NCBI GenBank assembly: GCA_050741585.1
Contig: JBOIFK010000267.1
Location: 1-39,576 of the forward strand
DNA: 39,576 nt
Source: Nitrosospira sp.
GTDB lineage: Bacteria; Pseudomonadota; Gammaproteobacteria; Burkholderiales; Nitrosomonadaceae
Direction: 5' to 3'
Each line of letters starts with the position of its first letter. The first letter of the stretch is position 1. The notes beneath the pieces are model-generated. The model made no database searches. It had not been told where the DNA came from and worked only from the letters and a program-made list of their open reading frames with translations. The position numbers and the translations under genes were made by a program. Of this stretch, positions 30,188 through 39,363 are shown piece after piece.

Positions 30188-31071
30188 TTGTGCTGTTGCG
30201 CGCTTTCTTGTTGTTGTTCCTGATTGGTTGTAACTCAAGTTACGCCGGAATGTTCGACGACGAGGAGGCGCGCAAGCTGATCGCGGCGCAGCAGGTGGTG
30301 ATTGGAGATTTACGCAATCAGGGGCAGACGCTGGAAGCGCGCATCGTCAAGTTGGAAGAGCTCCTTAACAATCAACCGCTGCTGGACTTCCATAATCAGA
30401 TCGAGGCTCTTAGGCTCGATCTGAATAAATTGCAGGGCCAGATCGAAGTGCTCGCCAATGAGAACGAGTTGACAAAGAAGCGGCAGAAGGACTTCTACGT
30501 TGATCTGGATAACCGGCTAAGGCGCATCGAACAGCCCGGCGATTCCACCCCCTCTGAGCCTCCTGCGTCATCAAGCGCACCTGACGATGTACCAGAATCA
30601 AATGTGGAGGCTCCAGCCAGATCGGAGTCGAATACGGAGTCATCGGCCAGGGTTGCCGCTGTGGTTCCCCCCGCCGCAAGTGCTGCGTCAGCGGAAACCG
30701 CCGAGAGCCGTGACTACGAAGCCGCCTACGCGCTGTTCAAGACTGCAAAGTATCAGGACGCCATTTCCCAGCTCAGAAAGTTTCTCAAGAGCTATCCTGA
30801 ATCCGGCTTCTCACCGAGTGCTCACTACTGGATCGGTAATTCCTATTACGCGCTGCGTGATTTTAAGAACGCCATTGACGCTCAGGAAAAACTAATCATC
30901 CTCTTCCCCGACAGCGCGAAGGTGCCGGATGCAATGCTCAACATTGCCAGTAGCCAGCAGGAAATGAATAAAAAACCCGCTGCCAAAAAAACTCTGGAAA
31001 GTCTCATCGCTAAATATCCTGGCAGCGATGCGGCAAAAAAGGCCAAGCGACGGCTGGCCGGTAAAAAATAG
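30184..31071 (+). CDS. cpoB: Tol-Pal protein CpoB/YbgF
   Basis: Signal peptide, coiled coil LQGQIE...DLDNRL, C-terminal TPRs; GTGA overlap with pal. Confidence 0.92.
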   Translation: MIVLLRAFLLLFLIGCNSSYAGMFDDEEARKLIAAQQVVIGDLRNQGQTLEARIVKLEELLNNQPLLDFHNQIEALRLDLNKLQGQIEVLANENELTKKRQKDFYVDLDNRLRRIEQPGDSTPSEPPASSSAPDDVPESNVEAPARSESNTESSARVAAVVPPAASAASAETAESRDYEAAYALFKTAKYQDAISQLRKFLKSYPESGFSPSAHYWIGNSYYALRDFKNAIDAQEKLIILFPDSAKVPDAMLNIASSQQEMNKKPAAKKTLESLIAKYPGSDAAKKAKRRLAGKK

Positions 31072-31157
31072 TGTAGTTGCAGTCCGCTACTTTGTGGTGG
31101 TGGCGTACTCGTTTTAAAATATAGTTCGTCTTCCATCTCCATTGCAAATACCAAATC

Positions 31158-31814
31158 ATGCAATCTTCTGAAGCAGGAAGTTTGCGCATCAGTGAAATTT
31201 TTTTCTCCCTGCAAGGTGAAACCAGCCGCATGGGGCTGCCTACGGTATTTGTGCGCCTTACCGGATGTCCTCTGCGTTGTGTTTACTGCGACACTGAATA
31301 TGCTTTCTACGGAGGCAAAAGCCTGTCAATTTCCGCTATTTTGACGGAGGTTGCCAACTATACGCCCCGTTTTGTCACCGTGACTGGTGGAGAGCCTCTG
31401 GCGCAGAAAGAATGCCTGACCTTGCTCAGCCTATTGTGCGACGCCGGCTATTCGGTTTCTCTCGAAACCAGCGGGGCATTGGATGTATCCAGGGTGGATG
31501 TGCGCGTTTCCAGAATTCTTGACATCAAGGCTCCCGGTTCGGGTGAAGCCGAAAAAAACCGCTGGTCCAATCTCAGCCACCTTACCCATCATGATGAATT
31601 AAAGTTTGTGCTATGCAATGAGGCGGATTATCAATGGGCGGCCGAAACAATGCTTGAGCGTCAACTGGATCTTATCTGCCCAGTTTTATTTTCTCCGGTT
31701 TATGACAGGCTTGATCCCGCAATGCTCGCCGCATGGGTACTGCGTGATCGTTTGCCGGTGCGGGTGCAAGTCCAACTTCACAAATTATTATGGGGTGAGA
31801 GACCGGGGCGATAA
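31158..31814 (+). CDS. queE: 7-carboxy-7-deazaguanine synthase (radical SAM)
   Basis: EIFFSLQGE, GCPLRCVYCDT, TGGEPL, QLHK. Confidence 0.95.
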   Translation: MQSSEAGSLRISEIFFSLQGETSRMGLPTVFVRLTGCPLRCVYCDTEYAFYGGKSLSISAILTEVANYTPRFVTVTGGEPLAQKECLTLLSLLCDAGYSVSLETSGALDVSRVDVRVSRILDIKAPGSGEAEKNRWSNLSHLTHHDELKFVLCNEADYQWAAETMLERQLDLICPVLFSPVYDRLDPAMLAAWVLRDRLPVRVQVQLHKLLWGERPGR

Positions 31815-31854
31815 TGCAGGCAAGAACGCAGCATGAATTTTTTCTTCGGATCTT

Positions 31855-32529
31855 ATGATGAAGGCTGTGGTGCTTCTATCGGGTGGGCTGGATTCTGCCA
31901 CCACGCTTGCCATCGCTCGCAATCGCGGATATGCGTGTTACGCATTGAGTATTGATTACGGACAGCGCCATGCGTCGGAACTGGCAGCCGCGGCAAAATT
32001 GGCTCAATCCCTCGGCGTTGACGAGCATAAGACCATTCAGGTTAACCTGACCGTATTCGGCGGATCGGCTCTCACTGACCGATTCATCGCCATACCGGCC
32101 GAAGGGACCAAAATGGACATTCCCGTGACTTATGTACCGGCCCGTAACACCATCATGTTGTCGCTCGCACTGGCTTGGGCCGAGGTGCTGGAAAGCCGTG
32201 ACATTTTTGTGGGCGTTAACGCAGTGGACTATTCGGGCTATCCGGATTGCCGGCCAGAATACATCTCGGCATTCCAAAAAATGGCTAATTTAGCCACCAG
32301 GGCAGCGATTGAGGGCACCAGGCTGAATATCCATGCACCGCTTATCAACTTGTCTAAGGCTGAAATCATCCGGCAGGGAATTTTCCTGGGCGTGGATTAT
32401 AGCCGGACGGTGTCATGTTATCAGGCGGATGAAGCGGGACTGGCTTGTGGCGCGTGCGATTCTTGCCGATTACGCCGTATGGGGTTCGAAGCAGCGGATG
32501 TGCCGGATCCGACACGCTATAAATCATGA
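31855..32529 (+). CDS. queC: 7-cyano-7-deazaguanine synthase
   Basis: SGGLDS, YVPARN, YPDCRPE, SCY...CGACDSC. Confidence 0.97.
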   Translation: MMKAVVLLSGGLDSATTLAIARNRGYACYALSIDYGQRHASELAAAAKLAQSLGVDEHKTIQVNLTVFGGSALTDRFIAIPAEGTKMDIPVTYVPARNTIMLSLALAWAEVLESRDIFVGVNAVDYSGYPDCRPEYISAFQKMANLATRAAIEGTRLNIHAPLINLSKAEIIRQGIFLGVDYSRTVSCYQADEAGLACGACDSCRLRRMGFEAADVPDPTRYKS

Positions 32530-32724
32530 GGTCACGCATTTGCAGCCGTAAGTTCGGATCATGCCTATGAATTTCATTTTTATTGTAACGATTCCTCATG
32601 TAGTGCGTTGTATGTGTCTTATCGAGTGCAGGAGGGACACACATTTTGTACCTGAAGGAATTGAATTCTGCCGGGCTCCGTGACTCATTATTGACCCAGA
32701 GTATCCACAATTCAACTTTCCTGC

Positions 32725-33423
32725 ATGATTCCCTGGCTTACTCCCGACTCTTCCTTTCCGCCGTTAAATTCCGCACTTACCCACCCCAATGGTCTGCTTG
32801 CTGTCGGCGGTGATCTCTCGCCGCGACGTCTGATCGAAGCTTATCGCCACGGAATTTTTCCCTGGTTCAATGAGGGCGAGCCTGTTTTGTGGTGGAGCCC
32901 CGACCCGCGCATGGTGTTGTTTCCCGGTGAGCTTAGAATTTCTCGGTCACTCAAGAAAGCATTGAAGAAAGGCGACTATGAGATTCGCGTCGATAGCGCT
33001 TTCAGCGAAGTCATGCAGGCATGCGCCAAGCCGCGCAGGGAGCGGCCTGGTACGTGGATCCACGCGGAGATGATTTCAGCTTACGCTGCGCTGCATGAAA
33101 TGGGCTCCGCCCATTCCGTCGAAGTCTGGATAGGCGGTGAATTGATGGGGGGGTTGTACGGCGTTGCCCAGGGGCGAATGTTCTTTGGCGAATCAATGTT
33201 TTCCCGCGTCTCTGATGCTTCCAAGATCGCATTTGTGCACTTGGTAATGCACTTGGAGCGTCGGGGCTTTCACATGATCGACTGCCAAATGAAGACCGCT
33301 CATCTTGCTTCCCTTGGCGCGCGCGAAATTCCTCGCAAGGAATTTAGTCAAAAATTAAAAGAATTGGTAAACTACCCCGAGCGAGTTGAAAAATGGTGCT
33401 TCGATCATGAGCAAATTGAATGA
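32725..33423 (+). CDS. aat: Leucyl/phenylalanyl-tRNA-protein transferase
   Basis: GIFPW, WWSPDPR, AHSVEVW, GESMFS, DASK, IDCQ. Confidence 0.96.
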   Translation: MIPWLTPDSSFPPLNSALTHPNGLLAVGGDLSPRRLIEAYRHGIFPWFNEGEPVLWWSPDPRMVLFPGELRISRSLKKALKKGDYEIRVDSAFSEVMQACAKPRRERPGTWIHAEMISAYAALHEMGSAHSVEVWIGGELMGGLYGVAQGRMFFGESMFSRVSDASKIAFVHLVMHLERRGFHMIDCQMKTAHLASLGAREIPRKEFSQKLKELVNYPERVEKWCFDHEQIE

Positions 33424-34153
33424 TCTGCCTTCATCGGTGTTGCAGTTCTACACTACCGCATCTTACCCGTGCAGCTATCTGCCGGACAAATTGGCGCGAT
33501 CCCAGGTGGCGACACCCAGTCATCTGATCGACACCCATGTTTATGGCGACCTGGTGCAGGCCGGTTTTCGCCGTAGCGGCGCCTTCACCTACCGCCCTTA
33601 TTGTGACAACTGCCGCGCCTGCGTGCCGGTGCGGATTGTTGTTGACGAATTGATCCTCAAGCGGTCCCAGCGCCGCTCCTGGAAACGGCATCGGCACTTG
33701 GAGGCGACACAGCATGACCTGTATTACCATCCGGATCATTACGCGCTCTATCTACGCTATCAGGCGCAGCGTCATTGCGGTGGTGGCATGGATCGCGACA
33801 GCCGTGAGCAATACCGTCATTTTCTGCTGCCCAGCAATGTCAATTCCAAGCTGGTTGAATTCCACGAAAACGGACGGCTGCGCATGATCAGTATTATCGA
33901 CAAACTGCCCGACGGCATATCGTCCGTATATACTTTTTTTGATCCGGATGTATCGGGTGCCAGCTTCGGTACTTACAGCATTCTGTGGCAGGTACAACAA
34001 TGCCTTGCATTGGATTTACCCTACCTATACCTTGGTTACTGGATCAAGGAAAGCCGGAAAATGGCATACAAAGCCGGCTTCATGCCCCTGCAAGGCTTGG
34101 CTGATGGACGGTGGGAACCACTGAGCAATATACAAGGCGAAGATTGCATATAG
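33407..34153 (+). CDS. bpt: ATE1-like aminoacyl-tRNA-protein transferase (Bpt; often annotated arginyltransferase)
   Basis: [44 protein letters not shown]. Confidence 0.92.
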   Translation: MSKLNDLPSSVLQFYTTASYPCSYLPDKLARSQVATPSHLIDTHVYGDLVQAGFRRSGAFTYRPYCDNCRACVPVRIVVDELILKRSQRRSWKRHRHLEATQHDLYYHPDHYALYLRYQAQRHCGGGMDRDSREQYRHFLLPSNVNSKLVEFHENGRLRMISIIDKLPDGISSVYTFFDPDVSGASFGTYSILWQVQQCLALDLPYLYLGYWIKESRKMAYKAGFMPLQGLADGRWEPLSNIQGEDCI

Positions 34154-34186
34154 CGCCGGCCTCCATGTGGAAGCGATAACCGATGC

Positions 34187-35119
34187 TTATCGCTGCATCT
34201 TCCGTATGGCTGTCGCACGTTTTTCCAAAGGCACCGCTTTATTCGCATAGCCTATATCCCGATATACCTGTGCCAAATTTTCAAGGCTCGTGGCAACATT
34301 CGGGTGATCCGGACCAAGCGATTTTTCGGAAATGGTCAATGCGCGCCTGAAAAGTGGCTCGGCATACGGATACTTGCCCTGGTCTCTATACAGTCCTGCC
34401 AGGTTATTCATGCTCAGTGCCACATTCGGATGATTTGGGCCGAGAGCCTTTCTCAAAATTGCGAGTACGCGTTTATAAAGTGGCTCGGCTTCTGCGTACT
34501 TTTTTTGTGCACTGTACAGCAGCGCGAGGTTATTCAGGCTCATGGCCACATTGGGATGGTCCGGGCCACGCGTCTTCTCCAGAATCGCCAGAGCGCGTTT
34601 GAGAAGCGGTTCGGCTTCCGCATATCGTTCCTGGGCTTCGTACAGTTGTGCCAGGTTGTTCAGGCTTATTGCCACGTTGGGATGATCCGGGCCGAAAACC
34701 TTCTCATCAATTGCCAATGCACGCTTATAGAGCGGCTCGGCCTGCACGTATTGCTCCTGGCTTTTGTATAGCATTGCAAGGTTATTCAGGGTCGTGGCCA
34801 TTTCAGCACTTTCCGCGCCCGCTTTCTCAAAGATTGCCAGCGCGCGTTTCAGAAGCGGCTCCGCCTGAGTATATTGCGCTTGGGCGGTGTACAACAATGC
34901 GAGGCTATTCAGGCTTGTGGCCACATCAGGATGGTTCGGATCCAGGGTTTGCTCGGCTGTTTGCAGCGCCTTCTTCGCTACCGCGGTGGCACGGCTATAT
35001 TCTCCCTGCTGATAAAGTGATGCCACTTCCTCATTGAGTTGCTCCCATTCAGCAGTCGCGTGCGCGTGACCGCCAAATGTCGCGAGAATCCAAACAGCCA
35101 AAATATTAGCCAGTTTCAT
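34187..35119 (-). CDS. Secreted tetratricopeptide repeat protein with about seven 42-aa kinesin-light-chain-type repeats
   Basis: Signal peptide (AHA/TA), repeated HPNVAxSLNNLAxLY...AEPLxKRALAI; AGGAG SD. Confidence 0.9.
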   Translation of the reverse strand: MKLANILAVWILATFGGHAHATAEWEQLNEEVASLYQQGEYSRATAVAKKALQTAEQTLDPNHPDVATSLNSLALLYTAQAQYTQAEPLLKRALAIFEKAGAESAEMATTLNNLAMLYKSQEQYVQAEPLYKRALAIDEKVFGPDHPNVAISLNNLAQLYEAQERYAEAEPLLKRALAILEKTRGPDHPNVAMSLNNLALLYSAQKKYAEAEPLYKRVLAILRKALGPNHPNVALSMNNLAGLYRDQGKYPYAEPLFRRALTISEKSLGPDHPNVATSLENLAQVYRDIGYANKAVPLEKRATAIRKMQR

Positions 35120-35180
35120 AAGCGCGCTCCTGCTAACGATTTAATGCAGATGATAAAGGATCATCCGTAAGTTGCATTAA

Positions 35181-35354
35181 ACCCAGATAATCCATTAGGC
35201 GGCTCTGCGAGCCTACGCGAGTGCTTGCGGTCAGTTTGCGGCCATTTTCGCCGCTTGCCCGGCGTCCATAGACAGCTATGGACTTCTCCCAACCGACAGA
35301 ACTGTCTCGCAACCTGCCTTGTCATCATCTCACGTCCTAATGGATTATCTGGGT
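35181..35354. mobile_element. 174-bp MITE-like non-autonomous element with 19-bp perfect terminal inverted repeats and TAA flanking duplication
   Basis: ACCCAGATAATCCATTAGG (35181-35199) and CCTAATGGATTATCTGGGT (35336-35354); TAA at 35178-35180 and 35355-35357; central GTCCATAG-ACAG-CTATGGAC hairpin. Confidence 0.8.
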
Positions 35355-35485
35355 TAATTCATTCCGTTTGCAACAAGGAATATCCAAGCCCGAATGACCG
35401 CCGGACGTGTGTTCCTCTGATAGTTTTTAGCATCCGGAGACAGTATTAACAGACCCATTACATTATCCGGGTTAAAATGGGTTCC

Positions 35486-36532
35486 ATGCTTTATTCTTTA
35501 CTTCGTCCGCTATTATTTAGTCTCGACGCCGAAACGGCTCACCGCATCACATTCAGCGCGATCGAGAAAATTTGTCAGCTCGGATTGCTTGCCGATGGTC
35601 CGATCACCTGCCAGTCGCGCAAAGTCATGGGCCTTGATTTTCCCAATCCTGTCGGTGTCGCCGCCGGATTGGACAAGAATGGTGAATACCTCCAGCCACT
35701 TGCCGCACTGGGTTTCGGCTTTATCGAGATCGGCACCGTCACGCCTCGTCCCCAGCCCGGAAACCCACAGCCACGCCTGTTTCGTATCCCCCAGGCAAAG
35801 GCCATCATCAACCGGCTAGGCTTCAATAATCAGGGTGTGGACAAATTGGTGGCGAATGTCAGAGATACGAATTACCACGGCATACTGGGCATTAACATTG
35901 GCAAAAATTTCGATACGCCGATGGAGCAAGCCGCCGATGATTATCTGACTTGTCTGATTAAGGTCTATCGTTACGCCGATTACGTCGTTGTCAATATTTC
36001 CTCGCCCAATACGCCCCACCTGCGTCAATTGCAAAATGTTGATGAGCTGGATAGGCTGCTCGACGTGCTGAAGTCAAAACAACAGGAACTCGCCGATAAG
36101 CACGCTAAATATATCCCCTTGGCGGTGAAGATTGCCCCCGATCTGGAGCCGCCACAAATCGAATCCATTGCAGCACTACTGATGAAGTATCAGATTGACG
36201 GAGTCATTGCCACTAATACTACTCTTTCCCGGGCCGGCGTGGAAACGCTGCCTCACGCATGCGAGACGGGTGGATTGAGTGGAGCTCCGCTCACACAGCG
36301 TTCCACTGCGGTCATACGTCAATTACATGTGATGTTGCAAGGAGCGATACCCATCATCGCCGCTGGTGGAATCATGTGCGCAGCGGATGCAAGGGAGAAA
36401 ATCGATGCCGGGGCAAGCCTGGTGCAGATCTACAGCGGCTTGATTTATCGCGGCCCCCGGCTGGTACGCGAAGTGGCGCAGGCGGTGTGTGCATTGGATG
36501 TGCCGCATTTTTTGCGTTCGGCTTCAGGATGA
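35486..36532 (+). CDS. pyrD: Quinone-dependent dihydroorotate dehydrogenase (class 2)
   Basis: [43 protein letters not shown]; alternative start 35477. Confidence 0.97.
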   Translation: MLYSLLRPLLFSLDAETAHRITFSAIEKICQLGLLADGPITCQSRKVMGLDFPNPVGVAAGLDKNGEYLQPLAALGFGFIEIGTVTPRPQPGNPQPRLFRIPQAKAIINRLGFNNQGVDKLVANVRDTNYHGILGINIGKNFDTPMEQAADDYLTCLIKVYRYADYVVVNISSPNTPHLRQLQNVDELDRLLDVLKSKQQELADKHAKYIPLAVKIAPDLEPPQIESIAALLMKYQIDGVIATNTTLSRAGVETLPHACETGGLSGAPLTQRSTAVIRQLHVMLQGAIPIIAAGGIMCAADAREKIDAGASLVQIYSGLIYRGPRLVREVAQAVCALDVPHFLRSASG

Positions 36533-37236
36533 GAGAAAACCTGCTGATAGCGGAAATCGATGCCATTTTGCCGCAGACGCAGTGTCGTCAATGCGGCTTC
36601 TCTGGCTGCGAACCTTACGCGACAGCCATCGTGGAGGGACGTGCCGACATCAACCAGTGCCCACCTGGAGGCGAGCACGGTATCCACAAACTGGCCGAGT
36701 TGCTGGGTGTAAGTCCGATACCGCTAAATCCCGCGCACGGTATCTCGAAACCGAAAGCGGCAGCACTCATCGACGAGCAAATCTGCATAGGCTGTACGCT
36801 TTGCATATTGGCCTGTCCCGTCGATGCCATTGTCGGCGCGGCCAGGCAAACGCATACGGTGATCGCGGCTGAATGCACCGGCTGTGAATTGTGTATCGCG
36901 CCATGCCCCGTGGACTGCATCAGCATGGTTCCGCCGGTGGAACAAGTCAGAAGCGCCGGTACTGAGTCCCATGTCGTGATCGATGACTTGCCGATGTCCG
37001 GGGACGAAAACAAGAAAGCGGCCGATCGTGCACGTGCACGCCATCAGTTCAGATTGCAAAGGCTTGAGCGTGAGAAACAGGAGCAGGAGGAAAGACTCGC
37101 ACAAAAAACCGGAGCAGCAAAATCCGTAAACGCTTCCCCCACGACCCCGGCGAACGGGGATCGCAAGAAAGCAGTCATCCAGGCAGCACTGGAGCGCGTG
37201 ATGGCTGGCCGGTCCAAGGTAACTGAAGAAAAATAA
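36529..37236 (+). CDS. rsxB: RnfB/RsxB-like Fe-S electron transport protein (no other rnf genes in the window)
   Basis: [21 protein letters not shown], two 4Fe-4S motifs (CIGCTLC, CTGCELC); ATGA overlap with pyrD. Confidence 0.88.
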   Translation: MRENLLIAEIDAILPQTQCRQCGFSGCEPYATAIVEGRADINQCPPGGEHGIHKLAELLGVSPIPLNPAHGISKPKAAALIDEQICIGCTLCILACPVDAIVGAARQTHTVIAAECTGCELCIAPCPVDCISMVPPVEQVRSAGTESHVVIDDLPMSGDENKKAADRARARHQFRLQRLEREKQEQEERLAQKTGAAKSVNASPTTPANGDRKKAVIQAALERVMAGRSKVTEEK

Positions 37237-37262
37237 ACGCTGGCCAACGTTCTCACTAATTC

Positions 37263-37895
37263 ATGAATTCAACCATACGCCGCGAGATTTTTACCCGCTT
37301 CAAGGCAGCTAATCCTCATCCTACTACCGAGCTGGAGTACAACTCACCATTTGAGTTGCTGGTAGCGGTGATACTTTCTGCCCAGGCTACCGACAAGAGC
37401 GTGAACCTGGCAACCCGCAAGCTTTTTCCGAGAGTCAATACACCGGAGAAAATTTTAGCGTTAGGTGAGGCTGGTTTGCGAGATGCCATCAAAAGTATCG
37501 GGCTATATAAAACGAAAGCAAAGAACATTCTGGCTACCTGCGCTCTGCTTATCGAACATTACGGCAGCAAAGTGCCGCAAACTCGAGAACAGCTGGAGAA
37601 ACTGCCCGGCGTGGGACGTAAGACCGCCAGCGTAATATTGAATACCGCCTTCGGTGAGCCCACGATTGCAGTGGATACGCATATTTTCCGCGTTGCTAAC
37701 CGCACCGGAATTGCGCGCGGGAAAACCGTGCTGGAAGTGGAACGCAAACTTCTAAACCACGTTCGGAAGGAATTTCGCCACGATGCCCACCACTGGCTGA
37801 TTTTACATGGACGTTACGTATGCGTGGCGAGGAAACCGAAATGCGCGATATGCATTATTAATGATTTGTGCGAGTACCAGGAAAAAAACCTTTGA
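37263..37895 (+). CDS. nth: Endonuclease III
   Basis: LSAQATD, HhH LPGVGRKTA, AVDTH, C-x6-C-x2-C-x5-C. Confidence 0.97.
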   Translation: MNSTIRREIFTRFKAANPHPTTELEYNSPFELLVAVILSAQATDKSVNLATRKLFPRVNTPEKILALGEAGLRDAIKSIGLYKTKAKNILATCALLIEHYGSKVPQTREQLEKLPGVGRKTASVILNTAFGEPTIAVDTHIFRVANRTGIARGKTVLEVERKLLNHVRKEFRHDAHHWLILHGRYVCVARKPKCAICIINDLCEYQEKNL

Positions 37896-37927
37896 GAAAA
37901 ACCCGTCCCGTTTCAGCCCCGCCTTGA

Positions 37928-38356
37928 ATGTTTAATCCATCGAGAGAACAGGCACGCCAATTCTTCTTTGACACATGGCGCAAATACCGGCAGCGAGAAA
38001 TGCTCTCCGCCATGGAGGACATGGCGCTAGATGTCATTTTGCTGCATCCGGAATACCATCGCATGCTTGATGACGCAGGGCGGTATCAGGACAAGGATTA
38101 TTTGCCGGAAATGGGCGACACCAATCCTTTTCTGCATATGGGTATGCACATTGCCATCAAGGAGCAACTCTCGATCGACCAGCCCGTGGGAATTCGATCG
38201 CGGTTTGAACGGCTCCTGAAGCAAACCGGCGATGAGCACACCGCTACGCATCAAGTCATGGAATGCCTTGCCGAGATGATCTGGCAGGCGCAACGCACCC
38301 AGTCAGTGCTGGACGCTACGCTTTATTTTGAATGCCTGGACCGGCGGGAAAATTGA
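37928..38356 (+). CDS. DUF1841 family protein
   Basis: MFNPSREQARQFF, HPEYH, TNPFLHMGMH, EQLSIDQP; common nth neighbour. Confidence 0.85.
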   Translation: MFNPSREQARQFFFDTWRKYRQREMLSAMEDMALDVILLHPEYHRMLDDAGRYQDKDYLPEMGDTNPFLHMGMHIAIKEQLSIDQPVGIRSRFERLLKQTGDEHTATHQVMECLAEMIWQAQRTQSVLDATLYFECLDRREN

Positions 38357-38451
38357 TCCCTCTTGGTCTTGATGGGTGCCATTCATTGCCACTGGAAGTG
38401 CCGGGAATGCCGCGACCATTTGTCTGGCGCCTGCATTCTGCTCCGGGGGCC

Positions 38452-38586
38452 GCACCTTCCTGTGGAAGGCACTACTGTTCTCCGCCCTGCGCGGCCGCGC
38501 CATTCGCGTCGCCGCTTACCTGCCCCAGGCGTACTCCATCCGCAAAAACTGCCGCCGCGTCTGCGCAGGCCTTATTCAGAGGGTCC
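38452..38586. repeat. Degenerate dispersed intergenic repeat, copy B, ending in an IS5-like terminus TTATTCAGAGGGTCC
   Basis: Colinear similarity to 2072-2143; internal CCTTCC-TGT-GGAAGG hairpin. Confidence 0.55.
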
Positions 38587-38589
38587 TGA

Positions 38590-38916
38590 TCAATATTTGG
38601 TTTTCAGCCCGGACTGGCCAGCAAAATAGGCCGCCAGATTTTCAATGTCTTCCTTGCTCAAGGCTGCGGCCATCCCGGCCATGATGGGATCCTTTCGAGC
38701 GCCTGACTTATATTCATTCAGGGATTTCTCGATATAGCTGGCATGCTGTCCGGCAATCTTTGGAAAAGCCGGGGCAGGGCTATTCCCGTCAGGGCCGTGA
38801 CATGCGGCACAAACCTCAGCCGCTTTTTTCTTGCCAGCTTCAACATTGGCTGCCATTCCTTGACCGGAAATCAGCAGCAGCGCGCCGCTCACGGCGGCAA
38901 TAACGAAATTTTTCAT
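38590..38916 (-). CDS. Periplasmic monoheme class I cytochrome c (c553/c4-like)
   Basis: Signal peptide, CAACH, PKIAGQ, distal Met (PIMAGM). Confidence 0.93.
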   Translation of the reverse strand: MKNFVIAAVSGALLLISGQGMAANVEAGKKKAAEVCAACHGPDGNSPAPAFPKIAGQHASYIEKSLNEYKSGARKDPIMAGMAAALSKEDIENLAAYFAGQSGLKTKY

Positions 38917-38942
38917 GAGACTTTCCTTGCGTAATAAATGAA

Positions 38943-39272
38943 TTATTTTCCACCGGAACCGGCGTAATAGGCAGCCAGGTCTTCCATGTCCTGGTCAGAA
39001 AGCGTGGCGGCGATGCCTTTCATGCTGGGATGATTACGGGCATCGGTTTTATATGCCTGAAGCGCCTTGACCAGGTACTCAGCGTGCTGGCCGCCCAGCC
39101 TTGGGACGTTATATACGGTGGGAAAGGAAGTCCGGTATCCCTCTATTCCATGACAACCGATACACATGGCATTTTTCTGCTTCCCCGCAACTGGATCACC
39201 GGCTGCCTGAGCCGTGCCGGATAATGCCAGCAGCAGCCCCCACGCGAATAAATTCATTATTGGTTGTTTCAT
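38943..39272 (-). CDS. Periplasmic monoheme class I cytochrome c (c553/c4-like)
   Basis: Signal peptide, CIGCH, PRLGGQ, HPSM; start at ATG 39272 after AGAGGG. Confidence 0.93.
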   Translation of the reverse strand: MKQPIMNLFAWGLLLALSGTAQAAGDPVAGKQKNAMCIGCHGIEGYRTSFPTVYNVPRLGGQHAEYLVKALQAYKTDARNHPSMKGIAATLSDQDMEDLAAYYAGSGGK

Positions 39273-39363
39273 TGTGAGCGCCCTCTTTTCAAAAAGAGCG
39301 ACTCTAAACGATGTGCCATTCCCGGTCAACGAATAAAGTAGCAGGACATATGGGAACTTATCG

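Noticed and set aside
31072..31157. PreQ1 riboswitch upstream of queE/queC
   Set aside because: No recognisable preQ1 stem-loop with an A-rich tail; an Rfam scan would be definitive.
31158..32529. queE/queC as a 7-deazaguanine DNA-modification (dpd) system
   Set aside because: No dpdA/tgt-like or other dpd genes nearby; the position after cpoB is the usual housekeeping queuosine locus.
36259..36528. N-terminal extensions in the ORF track for rnfB (likewise rsmD, tolQ, ybgC, cpoB and the ABC ATPase)
   Set aside because: They overlap upstream genes or spacers and lack family similarity; downstream starts fit the domain boundaries.
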